From the NCBI GenBank assembly GCA_015061055.1, contig SUXH01000006.1, positions 60,923 to 124,922 on the forward strand: DNA of 64,000 bases, written 5' to 3'. Under the pieces are notes generated by a model. It was not told where the DNA came from. It saw only the letters and a program-made list of their open reading frames with translations, and did not search any database. Made by a program: the position numbers and the translations under genes. This DNA is from Bacteroidales bacterium. Lineage in GTDB: Bacteria; Bacteroidota; Bacteroidia; Bacteroidales; Muribaculaceae. This document shows, in pieces, positions 49,851 through 56,332 of the stretch. The first letter of the stretch is position 1; every line of letters begins with the position of its first letter.

Positions 49851-50195
49851 ATGGAAGAGAATAAAAAGAAAAAAGAATTACAATCTCGTCGTGAATTCTT
49901 TAAAAAAGCAGCTAAAAAGGCATTACCTATTCTTGCAACAATGGCTCTTGCTAATGTGCCACAAATTATGAAAGCGAGTGAAGAAGCACCTTCGGATTGT
50001 AGATATGGTTGTGCTTATAGTTGTTTGTATGGGTGTTCAGGTTCTTGTAATAATTCATGTTCAGGTTCTTGCAATATTTCTTGCGTAGGAACTTGTAGTG
50101 GAGGTTGTCAAGGGTGTTATACCGGGTGTCAAGGTTCTTGTAAATTAGGATGTAGAGATAACTGTTCTGTTGGTTGTTATTTATATTGTGGATAA
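49851..50195 (+). CDS. Cys-repeat (CxxxC array) protein B with a twin-arginine signal
   Basis: SRREFFKKAAKKALPILATMALANVPQIMKA, followed by 17 Cys in the last 65 residues (CRYGCAYSCLYGCSGSCNNSCSGSCNISCVGTCSGGCQGCYTGCQGSCKLGCRDNCSVGCYLYCG). Confidence 0.8.
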   Translation: MEENKKKKELQSRREFFKKAAKKALPILATMALANVPQIMKASEEAPSDCRYGCAYSCLYGCSGSCNNSCSGSCNISCVGTCSGGCQGCYTGCQGSCKLGCRDNCSVGCYLYCG

Positions 50196-50200
50196 TTTTA

Positions 50201-51385
50201 ATGAATAAAATAAAAGAACAGAGTTTGTCATGGCAGTCCGGAATGGCTAAAAATATAACTTTTATAGTTACGAAGGATTGCCAACTTGCTTGCAAGTATT
50301 GTTATCTTGTGGGCAAGAATGAAAAAGAAAGAATGTCGTGGGAGGTCGCCAAACAAGCTGTCGATTATATTCTTGATAATGAATATGATGAAAATTTCAA
50401 TTATGAATCGGTTGTGTGGGACTTTATCGGTGGTGAGCCGTTCCTTGAAATTGAACTTATTGATAAAATATGCGATTATATAAAAACGGAGATGTTCCAT
50501 AGAAATCATCATTGGTTTGATTCTTATCGTTTCAGTTTTTCTACCAATGGAATAAACTACGATTCAGAGAAAGTACAGAATTTCATCAAGAAGAATCATT
50601 CTCATTTATCGATAGGGATAACTATAGACGGTACACAGAAGAAACACGACATGAATCGTATATGGAAAAGCGAGGGTAGCGAGGAAAAAGGCTCATATGT
50701 CGATGTGGTGCGAAACATACCGTTGTGGTTAGAGCAATTTCCCAATGCCGGTACGAAAGTGACGATAAGCAGTGCCGATATTCCATATATAAAGGAAAGT
50801 GTGCTACATTTGTATTCGCTTGGTATTCATGAAGTGAATATAAATGTGGTGTTTGAGGATGTGTGGAATGAAGGTGATGACGTCTTGTTTGAAAATCAAT
50901 TGATTCAACTTGCTGATTCCATTATAGAGAACGAGTATTACAAAGACTTTGCCTGTTCGTTTTTTACCGAGAATATGGGTAAACCTATGGATTGCGTGTT
51001 GGAGAATCAAAATTGGTGTGGTGCCGGTAAAATGTTATCTATTGATGCTGCTGGTAATTTCTATCCATGTACCCGTTTTGCTCAATACTCATTACGTGAT
51101 AAAAAAGCGTGGATTATCGGTAATGTACGTTATGGAATAGATAAAAATAAGTTGCGTCCGTTCTTAACACTTGACCGTTGTACACAATCCACACAAGAGT
51201 GTATCGATTGTGAGGTGGCAGGCGGTTGTGCATGGTGTCAAGGTGAAAACTATGACGTAGCCGATACCCCTACGATATATCAACGTTCTACAGCTATATG
51301 CAAAATGCACAAAGCACGTGTGAGAGCCAATAACTATTATTGGAACAAACTTTATCGCAAACTTGAACTTGAAAGCCATGATTAA
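50201..51385 (+). CDS. radical SAM / SPASM-domain peptide maturase (CXXX-repeat target type)
   Basis: I prefer the ATG at 50201, 5 nt after the stop of protein B. CQLACKYC (CX3CX2C) motif. C-terminal SPASM-type cysteines: CGAGKMLSIDAAGNFYPC and CIDCEVAGGCAWC. Confidence 0.85.
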   Translation: MNKIKEQSLSWQSGMAKNITFIVTKDCQLACKYCYLVGKNEKERMSWEVAKQAVDYILDNEYDENFNYESVVWDFIGGEPFLEIELIDKICDYIKTEMFHRNHHWFDSYRFSFSTNGINYDSEKVQNFIKKNHSHLSIGITIDGTQKKHDMNRIWKSEGSEEKGSYVDVVRNIPLWLEQFPNAGTKVTISSADIPYIKESVLHLYSLGIHEVNINVVFEDVWNEGDDVLFENQLIQLADSIIENEYYKDFACSFFTENMGKPMDCVLENQNWCGAGKMLSIDAAGNFYPCTRFAQYSLRDKKAWIIGNVRYGIDKNKLRPFLTLDRCTQSTQECIDCEVAGGCAWCQGENYDVADTPTIYQRSTAICKMHKARVRANNYYWNKLYRKLELESHD

Positions 51386-52343
51386 ATATTTAGTGATATT
51401 GCTTGATGATACTTCAGTATCATATTGTCATTATGAGAACAATAAGGCTGAACGTAAACTTATTTCACTCGAAGACTTGAATGAAGGGATATTTTATGCA
51501 ATGAAAGAAAATCTGTCCATTCAGTTTGTATATCCTGATTATGAGTTACCGGCAGAATATAAGGACGCAATTAATACAGTAGACCATAGTTGCGTGAAAC
51601 CATACGCCAAGGGAGTGAAAGCCGATGTATTGGTTATTAATGATATAGATAAACTTGGTAATGTGGATTGGCAACAAGATACAGCCTATGTTCTTCGTGT
51701 TGATAAGTCTAAACTATTTGCTTTTTACCAGAATATAATTTCTGTTTTGCCTAAGGTTATGCGTTTAAATGTGGTACTTACTGATGTTGAGACATTTACA
51801 GAATGTGATTTTGATGCATATAGAAAACTTTTGACAGAATTGGCTGATGTTGTAAAAACGGAATACGTAAGAGGGCGAATAGTGCAATTTAATTTGCTTT
51901 CTGATCGCATTATGCTAGATGCAATGAATAATTGCAACGCAGGGGTGGAAAATATTACTCTTGCGACCGATGGAAGATTTTATATTTGTCCCGGATTCTA
52001 TTTTGCTGAGGATGATGCAGATTTTGGATTAGGAAAAGCAAAGTTTAGTGTAGGAGATTTAAAAAATGGGCTTGATATAAAAAATTCACAATTATATCGC
52101 ATGACACATGCTCCTATTTGCAGAAAATGTGACGCATATCAATGCAAGCGTTGTGTGTGGTTGAACCGTAAGACAACGTATGAAGTAAACACACCAAGTC
52201 ATGAACAGTGCGTAGTGGCTCACCTTGAACGTAATGTATCTAGAGAGTTGTTGAAAGGTATTCGTGAATATGGAGAGTTTATGCCCGAAAAAGAAATTAA
52301 AGAGATAGATTATATAGACCCGTTTAATATTGTAAAAGACTAA
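51378..52343 (+). CDS. SPASM-only paralogue lacking the CX3CX2C motif (pseudo-radical-SAM accessory protein)
   Basis: The ATG at 51378 overlaps the maturase stop (ATGATTAA). The N-terminal region has a single Cys (SVSYCHYEN). The C-terminal cluster is kept: CNAG..DGRFYIC, CRKCDAYQCKRC, EQC. Confidence 0.7.
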   Translation: MIKYLVILLDDTSVSYCHYENNKAERKLISLEDLNEGIFYAMKENLSIQFVYPDYELPAEYKDAINTVDHSCVKPYAKGVKADVLVINDIDKLGNVDWQQDTAYVLRVDKSKLFAFYQNIISVLPKVMRLNVVLTDVETFTECDFDAYRKLLTELADVVKTEYVRGRIVQFNLLSDRIMLDAMNNCNAGVENITLATDGRFYICPGFYFAEDDADFGLGKAKFSVGDLKNGLDIKNSQLYRMTHAPICRKCDAYQCKRCVWLNRKTTYEVNTPSHEQCVVAHLERNVSRELLKGIREYGEFMPEKEIKEIDYIDPFNIVKD

Positions 52344-52349
52344 ATCGAT

Positions 52350-52622
52350 ATGAGAAAAGTTGTAGGCAGTGTAACTGTAGAAGAAAAGAATGAAATTCAG
52401 GCTCTATTTGAGCGTAGAAACGGATTGAATGAACTTGCTAAGATTCTTACCGTAGAAAATACCGAACTTTATGAGAAACTCGTAAAAGATATGGGTGAAA
52501 CCGGTACTAAGTTTCAGAATTGGTGGAATCGTATGAGTTCAAAATACCAATGGGAAAGCATTGAAGGTGGAAATTGGGAAATTGATTTCGAGACATGTGA
52601 AATCTATTTGATTAAGCCGTAG
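52350..52622 (+). CDS. 90-aa acidic Trp-rich protein, last gene of the Cys-repeat operon
   Basis: It starts 6 nt after the previous stop and has no signal peptide. Sequence includes ..FQNWWNRMSSKYQWESIEGGNWEIDFETCEIYLIKP. Confidence 0.6.
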   Translation: MRKVVGSVTVEEKNEIQALFERRNGLNELAKILTVENTELYEKLVKDMGETGTKFQNWWNRMSSKYQWESIEGGNWEIDFETCEIYLIKP

Positions 52623-52671
52623 TCTTAGATATACGAGGAATAAGATTTCTCTGGGGAGTGGATATAAGGTA

Positions 52672-52704
52672 AGTGCCGACTGTCGCGAGACAGTCGGCAC
52701 TTTG
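52672..52704 (+). terminator. strong hairpin terminator closing the Cys-repeat operon
   Basis: agtgccgactgtc gcga gacagtcggcact is a perfect 13-bp stem, followed by ttgtg. Confidence 0.75.
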
Positions 52705-52879
52705 TGTAATAATTAAATTTATAAGGGATATTGTTTTATATTGTGTTATGATTCTTTTGTTGATAAAGGTGTGTGGTATTTATTTTTGTTCTTAATGTTT
52801 TAGGAGCTATTATTAGGTGATAAAAGTAAAAATATTTGGAAGTGTTTTATACACATATAGTAGCTGTCTAATTTTTTGC

Positions 52880-52887
52880 TATCTTTG
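52880..52887 (+). promoter_or_regulatory. Bacteroides-type -7 box (TAtcTTTG)
   Basis: tatctttg lies about 40 nt upstream of ATG 52926. Confidence 0.4.
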
Positions 52888-52925
52888 CAGTGCGTTTAAG
52901 TAAAGCGCATTGTTATATATAAGTA

Positions 52926-55253
52926 ATGTGTAGAAAGATAAATATATTTTTTATTATTTTTTGTGTGAGTGTGGCTATGGTCGTATGTGGCTGTAGTTCA
53001 ACAAAGCATGTACAAGGCAGTGATTTGCTCGTGGATAAGGTGAGCATAAATGTTCTTGATAATAAAGAATTTAAAGAAGCCGATTTGTATAATTACCTTC
53101 GTCAGGTACCAAATCACTCGGTTCTTGGAGGATTGAAATTACAGTTGGGACTGTATAATTTGTCGGGGCGTGATAGCACAAAGCGAGTGAATCGTTGGCT
53201 TCGTGGTATGGGTGAAGCTCCTGTTATATATAATTCTAAACTTACTGAAGCATCTAAAAAGGAAATAACCCGATATTTTGTGAATAAGGGGTATCTGAGT
53301 GCGACTGTAGAAGTGGATACTATGGTTGATGTAAACAAGCGTAAAGTGGAGGTGGTATATAATGTAACAACGGGAAAACCACATTACATAGCATCGATAA
53401 ATTATGATATTCCGAATGATGCGTTAAGGGAAATAATCCTATCGGATACGGTGAGAGCAAAACTTAAGCCTAATATGCTGTTTGATCGTAATGTTATGAG
53501 TGAGCAGCGAGATGATTACACGAGAATGTTGCGTGAGAAAGGGTATTATGCTTTTGACAAGGAGTATATCACGTTTGTAGCTGATACAACAGAAGGTAGT
53601 AACGAGGTGGAGCTTACGATGAAAGCTACTAATCCTCGTGAAAACAAGAACTTGCCATTCTATACAGAACATAAACCGTTCTATGTGAGAAACATTGTGT
53701 TTGTTACCGACTATGATCCATCAAAGTCATACGAAATAGACTCCAATAGTGTTGTCGATTCGTTGTTATATCAAGGAATAATTGTCCTTTATGGTGACGA
53801 TCGTTATATCAGAAGGCGAGCATTGAAAGAGTGTTGCTTTCTTGAGCGTGGTGGATTATATAATTCGGCCGACGTAACAAAAACATATCAAGCATTGAGC
53901 CGTTTAGGGATTTTGAAATTTGTAAATATAGAGATAAAACCTGTGGGTGAAATCGCCGGAAAGGCTTGGCTTGATGCTTATGTGTTACTTACACCGGGTA
54001 AGTCTCAGTCGGTATCGTTGTCACTAGAAGGAACTAACTCCGAAGGAGACCTTGGTTTTGGTGTCGGTGCGGGATATCAGCATCGAAATATATTTGGGGG
54101 CTCGGAAGTGCTTGATACTAAGTTTCGTGCATCGTACGAAAGTTTGTCGGGAGATTTTAGCGGTCTTATCAATGATAATTATTCAGAGTATTCGGGTGAG
54201 GTGGGAATCACTTATCCTAAGTTTAAAGCACCTTTCTTGAGCAGTAAGTTTAAACAGAAAATACTTGCTTCGACAGAAATATCTTCTCAATTTAATTATC
54301 AAGAGCGACCTGAATATACCCGTATCATAGCGGGAGCCGCGTATAAATATATATGGAAAGAACGTAGCCGAAATACTCGTCACACAGTAACATTGCTTGA
54401 TGTAAGTTATGTGTATTTGCCTGAGAGTAAGATTAATTTTCTTGATAGTATACAGAATCCGTTGTTGAGGTATTCTTACGAGGATCACTTCATTATGCGA
54501 TTGGGTTATTCGTTCTATCATAGTAATAAGAAAGAGCGTGACCTTTTGACTTCGTTGTTTCAAGAGAATGTGTATACTGTGAGGGCCGGAGTGGAAACGG
54601 CAGGTAATGTACTGTACGGAATATCGAATATGATAGGTAGTGAGAAGAAAGATGGTGCATATGAAGTGTTTGGAATACGTTATTCCCAATATGCGAAATT
54701 TGACTTTGATTATTCGTTGACACATAATTTCAATAGAAAAAGTTCGGTTGCATTCAGAGTGGGATTAGGGGCTGCTGTACCATACGGAAATTCAACGGTA
54801 CTTCCATTTGAGAAACGATTTTATGCCGGAGGGGCAAACAGTGTGCGTGGTTGGGGAGTGAGAACACTTGGTCCCGGTAGCTATAATGGAGTAAACTCAG
54901 TGAATAGTTTTATATATCAATGCGGTGATGTGAGATTTGATATAAATTTGGAATATCGAACAAAATTATTTTGGGTGATTGAACTTGGTGCGTTTATTGA
55001 TGCAGGAAATATATGGACAATAAAGGATTATGAAGACCAACCCGGAGGTGTGTTTAAATTCGATGAATTTTATAAGCAGATAGCAGCGTCTTACGGACTT
55101 GGACTTCGATTGGATTTTGATTATTTCTTGCTTCGATTTGATGTGGGTATGAAGGCTTATAATCCTGCACAAGGACAAGAGAGGTGGCCATTGTTTGAGC
55201 CACGATTGAAACGTGATGCTGCATTTCATTTCTCGGTAGGTTATCCGTTCTAA
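52926..55253 (+). CDS. BamA/TamA (Omp85) family outer-membrane protein with a lipoprotein-type signal (TamL-like)
   Basis: 775 aa. N-terminal ...VAMVVCGCSS lipobox, POTRA-like region, and a C-terminal Omp85 barrel (RFYAGGANSVRGW ... FHFSVGYPF). Confidence 0.75.
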   Translation: MCRKINIFFIIFCVSVAMVVCGCSSTKHVQGSDLLVDKVSINVLDNKEFKEADLYNYLRQVPNHSVLGGLKLQLGLYNLSGRDSTKRVNRWLRGMGEAPVIYNSKLTEASKKEITRYFVNKGYLSATVEVDTMVDVNKRKVEVVYNVTTGKPHYIASINYDIPNDALREIILSDTVRAKLKPNMLFDRNVMSEQRDDYTRMLREKGYYAFDKEYITFVADTTEGSNEVELTMKATNPRENKNLPFYTEHKPFYVRNIVFVTDYDPSKSYEIDSNSVVDSLLYQGIIVLYGDDRYIRRRALKECCFLERGGLYNSADVTKTYQALSRLGILKFVNIEIKPVGEIAGKAWLDAYVLLTPGKSQSVSLSLEGTNSEGDLGFGVGAGYQHRNIFGGSEVLDTKFRASYESLSGDFSGLINDNYSEYSGEVGITYPKFKAPFLSSKFKQKILASTEISSQFNYQERPEYTRIIAGAAYKYIWKERSRNTRHTVTLLDVSYVYLPESKINFLDSIQNPLLRYSYEDHFIMRLGYSFYHSNKKERDLLTSLFQENVYTVRAGVETAGNVLYGISNMIGSEKKDGAYEVFGIRYSQYAKFDFDYSLTHNFNRKSSVAFRVGLGAAVPYGNSTVLPFEKRFYAGGANSVRGWGVRTLGPGSYNGVNSVNSFIYQCGDVRFDINLEYRTKLFWVIELGAFIDAGNIWTIKDYEDQPGGVFKFDEFYKQIAASYGLGLRLDFDYFLLRFDVGMKAYNPAQGQERWPLFEPRLKRDAAFHFSVGYPF

Positions 55254-55263
55254 TAAAGAAAAA

Positions 55264-55938
55264 ATGATTATGAAAAGATTAGCTATTTTTGATCTTGATG
55301 GTACATTGCTTAATACAATAGAAGATTTAGGACAGTCGGCAAATTATGCTTTGGCTAAGTGTGGCTATCCTATTCATAATATGGCATCATATCCTTTCTT
55401 AGTGGGAAATGGTGTAAAGAATTTGTTGTTGAGAGCTATGCCTGAAGATACTCGCAGCGAAAGTGCCATAACACAAGTGATGGCAGTTTTCAAGGAATAT
55501 TATAATGAGCATAATTGTGATCGTACGGTACCATACGAAGGACTGCCGGAGTTGCTTGACACATTGGTAGCTATGGGGGTGAAAGTCGCTGTAGCATCGA
55601 ACAAGTATCAAGAGGCAACGGAAAAAATTGTGCGTCATTATTTCCCTCATATCGATTTCGTGGCAATAAATGGTCAACAAGATGGCGTGCCTGTAAAGCC
55701 TGATCCTTCGATAGTGTTTGACATATTATTAAAGTCGGGAATGACTAAAGGTGAAACAGTGTATATAGGAGATTCCGGAGTGGATATGGAAACAGCTCGT
55801 CGTGCTTGCATAGACTCGATAGGGGTAACGTGGGGATTTCGCCCCGAAAAAGAACTTATAGATACCTATGCTGTGAATATAGTGCATAGCCCGTTGGAAA
55901 TCTTAGAAATTATCAAGTCTCATCACAGATTACCGTAG
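55264..55938 (+). CDS. HAD family hydrolase (phosphoglycolate phosphatase-like)
   Basis: FDLDGTL, SNK and GDSGVD motifs. Confidence 0.75.
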   Translation: MIMKRLAIFDLDGTLLNTIEDLGQSANYALAKCGYPIHNMASYPFLVGNGVKNLLLRAMPEDTRSESAITQVMAVFKEYYNEHNCDRTVPYEGLPELLDTLVAMGVKVAVASNKYQEATEKIVRHYFPHIDFVAINGQQDGVPVKPDPSIVFDILLKSGMTKGETVYIGDSGVDMETARRACIDSIGVTWGFRPEKELIDTYAVNIVHSPLEILEIIKSHHRLP

Positions 55939-56104
55939 AATTGCGATAAACTATAATCGATACATTCTGCTTTTTTATTGACGAAAAAGATGCTAAGTGA
56001 TTGCGCTGGGGTGAAAATTGTAAGCAAAACAGGCGGAATGGTAATAAAATGTAAGTTTTTTGAATTATTTTGTGGATTTTCTTTGTGGATTACAGAAATA
56101 CATT

Positions 56105-56112
56105 TATCTTTG
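56105..56112 (+). promoter_or_regulatory. Bacteroides-type promoter for the ilv leader (-7 TAtcTTTG; TTTG at 56082-56085)
   Basis: tatctttg lies 33 nt upstream of the leader-peptide ATG. Confidence 0.45.
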
Positions 56113-56144
56113 CGGTATAAAGATGAAACAAAAAGAAAGAATTT

Positions 56145-56222
56145 ATGAATACTTCTGTTATTAATATCCTGAATGTGGTGCTGGTGGCATTGGTAAATGT
56201 CGTCGTGGTCATTATTGGATAA
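56145..56222 (+). CDS. ilv operon leader peptide (25 aa, rich in Val/Ile/Leu)
   Basis: My translation is MNTSVINILNVVLVALVNVVVVIIG-stop, and 16 of 25 residues are Val, Ile or Leu. It is below the ORF-track length cutoff. Confidence 0.7.
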   Translation: MNTSVINILNVVLVALVNVVVVIIG

Positions 56223-56285
56223 ATTAATGTATAGGAGGATTTGTAAATTATTAATAGAGAAGAATATTATAAAGATGTATATTAA

Positions 56286-56317
56286 CCTTTCCTCCTAATG
56301 CGCAGGAAAGGTTTTTT
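56286..56317 (+). terminator. attenuator terminator upstream of ilvD, with a competing antiterminator arm at 56232-56239
   Basis: cctttcct (56286-56293) pairs with aggaaagg (56304-56311), followed by tttttt. taggagga (56232-56239) can instead pair with tcctccta (56290-56297). Confidence 0.7.
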
Positions 56318-56332
56318 AATTGAAATTATATT

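Noticed and set aside
56123-56164. Alternative 13-codon ORF (MKQKERIYEYFCY) overlapping the start of the ilv leader peptide in another frame
   Set aside because: It has no enrichment for regulatory amino acids and ends far from the hairpins. The 25-codon Val/Ile/Leu-rich frame fits the attenuator geometry.
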